From assembly GCA_024276825.1 (NCBI GenBank), contig JAJRWI010000024.1:1-10229 (forward strand): a stretch of DNA of 10,229 nt, given 5' to 3'. A model generated the notes under the pieces. The model had not been told where the DNA came from. It saw only the letters and a list, made by a program, of their open reading frames with translations, and did no database searches. Both the position numbers and the translations under genes were made by a program. Origin of the DNA: an archaeon (lineage in GTDB: Archaea > Asgardarchaeota > Thorarchaeia > Thorarchaeales > Thorarchaeaceae). The number at the start of each line of letters is the position of its first letter. Within the stretch, counting starts at the first letter, position 1. This document shows, piece after piece, positions 1-7,341 of the stretch.

Positions 1-83
1 ATGACGAGACTTGGCTGTGTCGTATGACGAGTAGTAAGTCATGAGTCATGTGATCCAGTCGGTCTGGTCACTAATCTTTGTAT

Positions 84-519
84 TACCTCATCGACTTTTC
101 ACACAGAGCCAAAGAATACCTAATTTATATATTGAATTAGGGCCAAGTTTTTTGTGTGAATGCAAAAACAGAAAGAAAAACTAACTATGCCACAAGTTAG
201 ACATATCATTGGCAAAATAAAAAATTATCCAGGGCACAAAACATTTGGTGTTATTCTTACATCTTCAGATTTAACGGGCAATCCCGCGAAAAATAGTGGT
301 GTATGGAGTGCAATTCTCCATGCAGCAACTCATGGCATTTATGTTATAGTTATCAATAGAACTGACTTGGATAGAATATCCGAGGAAAAAACATCATTGC
401 TATATATTATTCAAACACAAATTCAGGATCCATACAACTTCAGAAACAAATACGATGAATCCATACTTCAGCAAAATGAAAAAGTTTCGGAAGCTGCCAG
501 AGAAATATGGAGAACTTGA
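84..519 (+). pseudogene. Frameshifted, 5'-truncated Mrr-like / PD-(D/E)xK restriction endonuclease domain
   Basis: The frame with GAA at 158 reads ...IPNLYIELGPSFLCECKN and stops at 182-184. The -1 frame (ORF 160..519) continues QKEKLTMPQVRHIIGKIKN...FGVILTSSDLTG...GIYVIVINRTDLDRI. Joined, they give the ECKN...VR..IGK...GV.IT...TG...I.VI...DL pattern of Mrr-type REase domains. A possible upstream catalytic D (YLIDF, 84-98) needs a second frameshift. Confidence 0.7.
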
Positions 520-930
520 ATTACATATTTTGCTAGATTGATTAAAGGCATGCAATCAAGCATTTTGATGATACATATTCATTTGAGCAGTTTTTTCATG
601 CTTTATTCAACAAATGGCATGTGGCCAAAGAGATAATGAAATGATATATAATTATCAAACAGATTATCAAGCGGCAAATTATCACCGAGCTAATCATTAC
701 TATACTAATTGGATACGAGATCGAATGTTAACAACATCTCTGATCTCTCTTAGGAAAAACAAAAAACTATTGGGAAACTGATTGATCACCCTCCATAAAT
801 CAGATAATAATAAATAGAAATATTTCGAGAGTGATATGGAGGAGTTTCAAAAATCAATCGTGATTACAAGCTCGTCCTATAATGAATCCATTTTCAAACC
901 TGAATGAAGTAAGGGGGATAATCCGATAGA

Positions 931-2013
931 ATGACAAAATCTGATCAAGTCGCAGTATTTTGGGATTATGAGAATGCAAGAGTATGGGCCGAGGGAATTC
1001 AAGTTCCACTTGCTGAGAAACTCATGACTTTGGTGGAGCAGTATGGGCATGCCAGAATTCTTAGAGTTTATGCAAAATGGGGTGGGAATGAAACTACAGT
1101 TCAAGGCCTTTATAGCATGGGTTTTCAGCCAATTCATGTTCCCATGGGTAAAAAGAACAGTGTAGATGTGATGCTTGCTGTAGATTGCATCAATTGCAGT
1201 TGGGAGCATCCTGAAATCAGCATCTATTTCATAGTTTCGGGTGACAAGGACTATATCTCTGTCGTCAACCACCTAAAGTCATATGGAAAACATGTAGTTA
1301 TTATAGGACCATCAGAAATCACAAGTGAGCATTTGCAGCTCAGTGCAAATGAGTTCTACTCATTTAAAGACTTGGCTGATGAGGGAGATGAAGCTCTTCT
1401 TGTTCAAACAGAATTGATTTCAGACACAATCTCATATGATGATGCTGTCAATTGTTTAATCACGGCAATTGAGAAAGCAAAAGAACAAGGAAAAATAACC
1501 AGATTTCCAGTAATTGACTTGCTAATGAGGGCTGACAAGAGGTTCAGTTACAAGGGCTATCAATCAATATCTGGACCTGATGGCATAGAATTCAAATCAT
1601 TCAGCAGTTTCGTCAAAAGGGTGGAAGAAGAGGGAAAAGTAGTAGTATTTTCAACAGGTGAATTTGCAGAATTGTTCCTTTCTGGTGATGATCCCAAGGA
1701 TGAATCATCATATGTTTCATCGGTTGATACTATTGAGCAGAAAGATTGGGAATTGATTCTTGGTCAAATTGAAAAAGCATTCGAAGAGGGAGATCCAACG
1801 CATTATCTTTATGGCAGATATCAAATTCTAAGAACCTATATCAGAACACTAAAGAAGAACCACACACTCAATGTATCAAATAGTACAATTACTTCCATGC
1901 TGGATAGAATAATTGAGGAGGGCCTTCTGATAAGACAAGCGAATGAGAGCTATCGTCTGGCTGAAGATTATAAAGAGAAGAAGAAAAAGTTCCTAGAACA
2001 AGTTGGCAATTAA
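931..2013 (+). CDS. NYN (PIN-fold, LabA/DUF88/Limkain-b1-like) ribonuclease domain protein with a C-terminal OST-HTH/LOTUS-like region and a winged-helix-like region
   Basis: NYN motifs VAVFWDYEN, KNSVDVMLAVD, IVSGDKDY and LQLSANEF. FKSFSSFVKRVEEEGKVVV resembles LOTUS/OST-HTH. ITSMLDRIIEEGLLIRQANESYRL resembles a winged helix. AAGGGGGA lies upstream of the ATG. Confidence 0.9.
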   Translation: MTKSDQVAVFWDYENARVWAEGIQVPLAEKLMTLVEQYGHARILRVYAKWGGNETTVQGLYSMGFQPIHVPMGKKNSVDVMLAVDCINCSWEHPEISIYFIVSGDKDYISVVNHLKSYGKHVVIIGPSEITSEHLQLSANEFYSFKDLADEGDEALLVQTELISDTISYDDAVNCLITAIEKAKEQGKITRFPVIDLLMRADKRFSYKGYQSISGPDGIEFKSFSSFVKRVEEEGKVVVFSTGEFAELFLSGDDPKDESSYVSSVDTIEQKDWELILGQIEKAFEEGDPTHYLYGRYQILRTYIRTLKKNHTLNVSNSTITSMLDRIIEEGLLIRQANESYRLAEDYKEKKKKFLEQVGN

Positions 2014-2036
2014 TTCTCTTGTATAACACATAACAT

Positions 2037-2193
2037 AATGTTTCCCACATTGACACATCGCTTCAAAGTATGGAAGATTCCTTAATCCTACAGGTCATTA
2101 TATTCCAATTATCACTAGTTATGTGCAATACCTAGAATGTCAAGCGTCCAATATAAGTGTGATAGCTCCATCCTCTGCAGACTGTATTTATTT
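2037..2193. repeat. Copy 1 of a degenerate dispersed element (partner at 8776-8977)
   Basis: Core 2128-2188 aligns by eye to 8913-8972 at 46/61, including ATACCTAGAAT exact and TCCTYTGCAGACTGYATT 16/18. Collinear anchors at 2111-2126 (12/16) and ATGT(T)TCCCACAT at 2038-2050. Confidence 0.7.
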
Positions 2194-2353
2194 CTGCGAG
2201 TCAAAAACACATCAAGTATCAAAGGCTATCAAGAAACTTGCCATCTTTGGTTCATCTCTTAGAAACGATTTTGGGCCTGACAGCGATGTTGATGCCTTGG
2301 TGGTGCTTAAGCAAGGACCGTTCATTGTAAATTGGACATTTCTGTCCTTCTAA
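2192..2353 (+). pseudogene. Truncated minimal nucleotidyltransferase (MNT/MntA-like, Pol-beta superfamily) remnant
   Basis: IKKLAIFGSSLRNDFGPDSDVDALV carries the GS..R.D....SD.D.LV signature. The C-terminal half with the third Asp strand is absent, and the N-terminus of ORF 2123 is read from the repeat element. Confidence 0.75.
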
Positions 2354-2475
2354 GAACGGCACTGGACAAATTTCAGACCACTGTTTCCCACGATACTATT
2401 TATGCCCCCCACAATTTCATAGAGTATCATTTAGATGATCTTTTGATGGTGTCCAACTTTTCTATCGACTCCTAA

Positions 2476-2624
2476 TGTCAAGATGGGATGCGATGCTCTC
2501 TGTATCCCCTTGGCCTCCCCCCGCAACACATCATTCCCCTTCTTACACAAAACTCATATCCTCAGTTCTGAGAGGCGACGTCCTCAACATCATATCCGAG
2601 GTTTCTACTAATTTCCAGAGACAA
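2476..2624 (-). pseudogene. Degraded DUF3883 / Protein NO VEIN C-terminal (PD-(D/E)xK) nuclease remnant
   Basis: The minus strand reads RNLGYDVEDVASQN*GYEF, then after a frameshift CKKGNDVLRGEAKGIQRASHPILT. This matches the G(Y/W).V.DV...N.GYD.......EVKG......LT pattern. One in-frame stop and at least one frameshift. Confidence 0.65.
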
Positions 2625-2636
2625 CAAGGTTAAATG

Positions 2637-2672
2637 AAAAAAAAAGATGGGCAAGTGGTTGGCTCGCCCATC
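2637..2672 (-). terminator. Hairpin + U9 terminator of the ABC operon
   Basis: Minus strand GATGGGCGAG-CCAACCA-CTTGCCCATC (10-bp stem, one G-U) is followed directly by T9, starting 6 nt after the permease stop. Confidence 0.8.
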
Positions 2673-2677
2673 ACCAT

Positions 2678-3451
2678 CTACACCAATGAAACCAATCGGT
2701 CCCGGTTGAATCTGCCAATTGCTAAGATCCAAGTTATGGTCATAAGCACGCTAGCAATAAGTAGAGTTGCAATATCTGAGAGCCAAACAAGATTTGCATC
2801 AGGAATACCGCCAGATTGCATTACTAGAAGTGGAACTATTATGGGCAGTATAAACACCATGATTGACACTCCTGAAACTTGGTATGCCTCGTAAACTCGA
2901 GCCACCCTTCCACTGATTAATATCATTACCGAGCTTATTGCAAGAATCATGGTGGGACCTGCGCTGAGAAGTAGGAACAATCCTGCGACATCCGGAACGA
3001 GAAAGTTCACACTAAATGGTAAGCCTGCACTCAGAAATATTACAATGGAACCTACTTCTGTGACCGCAATAGTTCCCAGAAGAAGAGCCATACTTGGGAT
3101 GAATGAACTCAGAACTTTCCCAATGAGGAGTTCGGAATCCGTGAGTGGTGTGCAAAGAAGTGCTTCTATGGTATTTTGTTCTTTTTCACCGACAAGAGCA
3201 TTTGCTGCAATCAATGAGGCTGGGATTATGCTAATAACACCAAGCACGGGCGAAATTGTTGGACTCAACAATGACAATAATGCTAATGCCTCCACTGCAG
3301 AAGTTGTACCAAATGCAACAAATGACACTATTACAAGTATCATAATTGGGCCAAGTGCGGACATTCCAATGAGACCATATTTGACGTAGCTTACCTGCAA
3401 TGCCATTCTCAAGTCAGCTCTTGCCACAATCATGGATTTTCTTAATGTCAC
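2678..3451 (-). CDS. ABC-2 type exporter permease
   Basis: About 6 hydrophobic segments and the motif ALVGEKEQNTIEALLCTPLTDSELLIGKV. GTG start overlaps the ATPase stop (GTGA), with GGGGGTG upstream. Confidence 0.93.
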   Translation of the reverse strand: MTLRKSMIVARADLRMALQVSYVKYGLIGMSALGPIMILVIVSFVAFGTTSAVEALALLSLLSPTISPVLGVISIIPASLIAANALVGEKEQNTIEALLCTPLTDSELLIGKVLSSFIPSMALLLGTIAVTEVGSIVIFLSAGLPFSVNFLVPDVAGLFLLLSAGPTMILAISSVMILISGRVARVYEAYQVSGVSIMVFILPIIVPLLVMQSGGIPDANLVWLSDIATLLIASVLMTITWILAIGRFNRDRLVSLV

Positions 3452-4458
3452 TTGTCAACACCCCCCTTGATGACTTCAAGATAGAGATCCTCCAGTGTTG
3501 TTTCTTCTTCTGCCAACTCGATTATCTTTATGTTCTGCGACAAGAGTGTCTGCAAAAGTATAGAGTTATTTTCCTGGGGATTCTCTATTGTTAAAATAAG
3601 AGAATCAACGTCTGATCTCACATATTCAATGAATGCCATCGATTCAACGATCGAGGACACTCTTGCTACATCTTCCGAAGTCCTAAGCCTGAATATCTGC
3701 TTAGCATGCAACTTGGCGCGAAGCTCGGCTGTTGTTCCAGTCATCAGAATATTGCCATCATTAATGATAGCAATCCTGTCGCACATACGCTGGACTTCAG
3801 GTAAGTTGTGCGAGTTGATAAAGAATGTCTGATTGTATTCTCTGGCTAGCCTTAGGATGAGTTCTCGAACTCTCTTGGCTGCTACAGGATCCAGTGCAGA
3901 TGTGGGTTCATCAAGGAGAAGTACCCTCGGTCTATGCAACAGGGCCCGGCATAATGCAAGTCTCTGCCTATTACCAGTACTTAGTTCTCCAGCTCTATCA
4001 TCTTTCCTTTCCCATAGGGACATGAATGAGAGAAGTTCCTCGATTCTCTGGGGGATCTCCCCCTCCGCGACACCATAGAGTCTGGCGAAGTACTCAAGGT
4101 TCTCATAGACTGACATCGTTTGATATAATGTATGGTTTCCTTCTTCAGGAAGCACACCAGTGATTTCACGAACACTCACTGGAGATTCGATAATATCATA
4201 GCCACCAACAAGTGCAGTACCTTCCGTAGGTGTAAGCAGGGTACAAAGCAATCGAATAGTTGTAGACTTTCCAGCACCATTTGGTCCAAGAAGGCCAAAT
4301 ATACACCCCGCCGGAACATCAAGGCTCATATGGTTGACTGCTAATATATCTCCAAAACATTTAGTGAGTCCTGAAATACTCACTTCAAAGTCTGTCCCCT
4401 CCTCTGTAGGAGAGTTTTGATCACTTATCGCAGTATATTGGTCAAAGTTATTTTTCAT
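3448..4458 (-). CDS. ABC transporter ATP-binding protein (DrrA/CcmA-like multidrug exporter type, DUF4162-like C-terminus)
   Basis: Walker A GPNGAGKST, signature LSTGN, Walker B LLLDEPT and H-loop INSH, with C-terminal TLEDLYL. ATG 4458 (AAGGAAGTG upstream) is preferred over GTG 4500. Confidence 0.95.
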   Translation of the reverse strand: MKNNFDQYTAISDQNSPTEEGTDFEVSISGLTKCFGDILAVNHMSLDVPAGCIFGLLGPNGAGKSTTIRLLCTLLTPTEGTALVGGYDIIESPVSVREITGVLPEEGNHTLYQTMSVYENLEYFARLYGVAEGEIPQRIEELLSFMSLWERKDDRAGELSTGNRQRLALCRALLHRPRVLLLDEPTSALDPVAAKRVRELILRLAREYNQTFFINSHNLPEVQRMCDRIAIINDGNILMTGTTAELRAKLHAKQIFRLRTSEDVARVSSIVESMAFIEYVRSDVDSLILTIENPQENNSILLQTLLSQNIKIIELAEEETTLEDLYLEVIKGGVDK

Positions 4459-4564
4459 TTTCGTTGCTTTCACTTCCTTAATTAAGCAACTAAATGACAC
4501 ACACTACTATCCAATCGAGTCATATTCGCTCAACGAAACACAAGTCACGAGTAGGAATCTACCA

Positions 4565-4990
4565 TCACTGTGAGTAGGATAAGAGAAGGTTCAACTCATC
4601 GGAACTGGGACCGTTTTGATAGACCTTGCTTGCAGTCAAGATACAGCCCTGTTCAATTGCACTAAGAGTAAATCCATTCTCCCCCAATCTCAGTAGGTAT
4701 TTCAGGTGTTGAATCATCTCGGCGATGATATCAGGAAGATCTGATTGATCGTCCTTAGCTCCTGCATTGACTTGATTGTTAGAGTTGTCCGAATCCATCC
4801 AAGATGGAAATGATACTTCAATCTCCACTGATATCGAGTCCGGTGTTTCTTTAAATTTTGACATTAGGAGTCGAAGAAGCCTCGTCTGAACTAATACTCT
4901 CGTGATTTCTTCAGCGCCTGTATCCCAGAGACTCAAGAAATCCGTAGATGTAAAATCTCTGAACGCCTCGATTAGATCTTCTTTCTTCAT
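4565..4990 (-). CDS. Hypothetical soluble protein, 141 aa
   Basis: Uninterrupted ORF co-oriented with its neighbours. Purine-rich RBS (AAGGAGAGAGG) precedes the ATG. No motif recognised. Confidence 0.8.
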   Translation of the reverse strand: MKKEDLIEAFRDFTSTDFLSLWDTGAEEITRVLVQTRLLRLLMSKFKETPDSISVEIEVSFPSWMDSDNSNNQVNAGAKDDQSDLPDIIAEMIQHLKYLLRLGENGFTLSAIEQGCILTASKVYQNGPSSDELNLLLSYSQ

Positions 4991-5032
4991 CTATATCCTC
5001 TCTCCTTCTATCTAGATTGGTGCCCTCACTGT

Positions 5033-6028
5033 TTATCGCGCAAAGGGATAAAACGGAGCGAGGATCTGACTCTCTCTCATCCTTGATATGCGTCGCTCGA
5101 CACCATCATCTCCAGACAAACGATGAGGATGACGAAGTAGCCCAACAATGATCCAGCCGAGTACAAAATTCTCTGTAAACAGTTCGACAAAATGAGACAT
5201 TCGTACTGAATCCGGCATAAAATTGGTCGGGATGAGCATAGGTGTGCTCATGAGGACGGAGAGTAGAAGCGCGACTGTAAGTCCAGCTTCCCACCAATTC
5301 CCTTTCATCAGGCGAATTATCGGGAATGCTATGGCTGTAAAGATGATTGCTCGAACACCTTGAAATAGTAGCATCCAAGTTCCGACAGCGCTCATCTGAT
5401 CAATAAGGTCGCCATAATATATTGTAAGCTCAGGGTTTTGCCAAGCTATGAGCGTACCAGCTGCAATATAGAGGATTATGTACGAGCCAGCAATCATTAT
5501 GAGTTTTATGACCCATTGCCTCTTTGACATTGAGATACTCCTACTCTGATTCGGTTCAACCTGTTGCTTACTTCTCATCTTTTTAAAAAGCAAAACGGCA
5601 AGTGGAATGAATATCACGGCAGTGATTGCTCCCTGTAAAAGCACTCGAGTAGCTAGAGATGCATCAACAATATTTTCAAAGTAGCTCAAAAACAGGATTA
5701 CGTCAAGTTGTGGAAGAAATATGGCCAATCCATAATAAGCTGCAGATATGGCAAGTATCAATCGCAACCCGAACCACTTTGACCTTATAATGGGATAACT
5801 TAGTACTATTGTATATGACAGGACCATAAGCACAGTTCCAGTCATTGTTGCCACAAAATCAGTTGTCATTGAAGAATGATTCAAACCCACAATTGCTGCT
5901 GAGAATGCATAGATTATCAGGAGCAAGAATGAGAGAATAATCATCTTTCCTACATTCTTAATTGCAGTTGTAACACTCCACTTTGAATGTTTCTGCTCAT
6001 TATGAGTATCGAATTCTGTGCGTGTCAT
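5033..6028 (-). CDS. Uncharacterised integral membrane protein, about 8 TM, two similar halves
   Basis: Two blocks of about four hydrophobic segments joined by a polar linker (KKMRSKQQVEPNQSRS). The halves echo each other (KMIILS..IIYA / KLIMIA..ILYI; YPIIRSK / FPIIRLMK). GGTG RBS. Confidence 0.88.
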   Translation of the reverse strand: MTRTEFDTHNEQKHSKWSVTTAIKNVGKMIILSFLLLIIYAFSAAIVGLNHSSMTTDFVATMTGTVLMVLSYTIVLSYPIIRSKWFGLRLILAISAAYYGLAIFLPQLDVILFLSYFENIVDASLATRVLLQGAITAVIFIPLAVLLFKKMRSKQQVEPNQSRSISMSKRQWVIKLIMIAGSYIILYIAAGTLIAWQNPELTIYYGDLIDQMSAVGTWMLLFQGVRAIIFTAIAFPIIRLMKGNWWEAGLTVALLLSVLMSTPMLIPTNFMPDSVRMSHFVELFTENFVLGWIIVGLLRHPHRLSGDDGVERRISRMRESQILAPFYPFAR

Positions 6029-6061
6029 TTAATTGCACCAAGTCAAACGACATCTATCTAT

Positions 6062-6076
6062 TCTTAAATTCGCGTT
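6062..6076 (-). promoter_or_regulatory. Probable archaeal BRE/TATA promoter of the membrane-protein gene
   Basis: Minus strand AACGCGAATTTAAGA, with TTTAAG about 36 nt before ATG 6028. Confidence 0.45.
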
Positions 6077-6196
6077 GACAATTCGGTTTGGAATATGCAT
6101 ATGTATTGCATTGCAGGTCAAAAAATCACATCAACTGGTTTGAAAAATCAATGCTTGAAAAATGGATAAAGATACATCGAGTGTGTTATAGACTTG

Positions 6197-7099
6197 TTAA
6201 GCTTGACGAAGCATCTCCTCCAGTTTGTATCTTCTGAGATCAGGATAACTTCTGCTTGGCTTGCCTACAAGAGTTATTACTGATTTAATGTAGGGGCGTT
6301 CTCTTATTTCACGAGTAATGCGTTCTATATCACTTAGACTCTCCACAACAAAGGCTGGAAACATAATGCTCTCAGTAGCGCTCACAAGAGGCTCCCAAAA
6401 CTCCATACCGAAGTACTCTCTGAACCAGTCAAGTATTTCCGTGAAACTCGCCTGACTCTCATCCCATTCAATCTGGGTCAGGAATGCAATACGGTCTGCA
6501 GCATTGAGATTCCATCTAATTGAAAGTCTTACTGCCTCTGTTTCTAGAATTTCATTGATAGCTCTTGTAACAGTTCTAGCAGCTAGTCCAGTTCGAGTAG
6601 CAATTTCTGTTACATTCATACGGGGATTTTCAACTAAGCACCTTAGAACTTTAAGGTGCAATCGTTTAAGATCCGCTTTCTTTCCTCTGGGAAAGAGCAA
6701 TGTATGCATCTCAACATTATTGATACCCTCAAGTTTCATTAAAAAAGATCTTAGATCAGCAAGGTCATTCGCCCCTCGGTACGATGCAAACCCAATAATC
6801 ATATCTCCGGTGAGTGCTCCCACTTCACTGACCATTCGATGATTCCCAATTACCTCGATTAGTTCCTCCTCGTTGGCTCGAGCGTTTCTGCGGATAAGCA
6901 TCAAAAGATAATCAGCATCTATCATTGCCAGATTGAGTTCAACTGTAAATGCCGCAATCACTCCAGACTCGATTAGTTTGGTGATTCGTTTTTTAACAGC
7001 AGTTGCAGTAACACCATGTCTCTTAGCTAATGTCTGATAGGAAGTTCTGCAGTTTGCTCCCAAGTCCTGCAATATTGCTTTATCCAAAGCATCGAGCAT
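6197..7099 (-). CDS. Tandem (double) Lrp/AsnC family transcriptional regulator
   Basis: Two HTH+RAM units: LDALDKAILQDLGANCRTSYQTLAKRHGVTATAVKKRITKLIESGVI and LKRLHLKVLRCLVENPRMNVTEIATRTGLAARTVTRAINEI. GGTGA RBS. Confidence 0.92.
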   Translation of the reverse strand: MLDALDKAILQDLGANCRTSYQTLAKRHGVTATAVKKRITKLIESGVIAAFTVELNLAMIDADYLLMLIRRNARANEEELIEVIGNHRMVSEVGALTGDMIIGFASYRGANDLADLRSFLMKLEGINNVEMHTLLFPRGKKADLKRLHLKVLRCLVENPRMNVTEIATRTGLAARTVTRAINEILETEAVRLSIRWNLNAADRIAFLTQIEWDESQASFTEILDWFREYFGMEFWEPLVSATESIMFPAFVVESLSDIERITREIRERPYIKSVITLVGKPSRSYPDLRRYKLEEMLRQA

Positions 7100-7341
7100 G
7101 AAATCACCAGTGTGGTTGTGTTTGGCTCAGTTTGAAATAACTATCGAAATAGTCGCTCCTTTTATCTGGTAGGACGTCCGAGTAAGCCTATTCCTATGGA
7201 TGGTACATAGGCTTCTTTAAACTTGAACAAAACTCTACGTGGCATGTAATGCCAATCTTGGACAGAAATGTTCCACAAACCTTAAACACAAGAACTCAGT
7301 GGGACCTTCAAAGCGGTCATGTCCCATGATATGGTGATTAA
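7100..7341. promoter_or_regulatory. Divergent promoter region between the Lrp gene and the peptidase gene
   Basis: TATA-like TTATTT on minus (7140-7135) and AAACCTTAAA on plus (7277-7286). GGTGA RBS on both sides. Several short inverted repeats. Confidence 0.5.

Noticed and set aside
1-50. ATGACGAG twice (1-8, 24-31) and near-palindrome CATGAGTCATG
   Set aside because: Too short and at the window edge. Not a CRISPR array and not interpretable without upstream sequence.
877-1272. 131-aa minus-strand ORF
   Set aside because: Antisense shadow of the well-supported NYN gene, with no motifs.
2123-2191. N-terminal part of ORF 2123..2353 as real protein
   Set aside because: It is read through the dispersed repeat, whose second copy has stops and an indel in the same frame.
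2334-2347. GGACATTTCTGTCC hairpin with a 12-nt inverted match near 7260-7271
   Set aside because: A 12-nt match is expected by chance in 10 kb.
2634-4344. Plus-strand ORFs 2634..2894, 2949..3389, 3400..3594, 3530..3832, 3833..4078, 4132..4344 and minus ORF 3981..4175
   Set aside because: Antisense or alternate-frame shadows of the ABC permease and ATPase.
5106-6842. ORFs 5106..5378 (-) and 6504..6842 (+)
   Set aside because: Nested within the membrane-protein and Lrp genes, with no independent coding signal.
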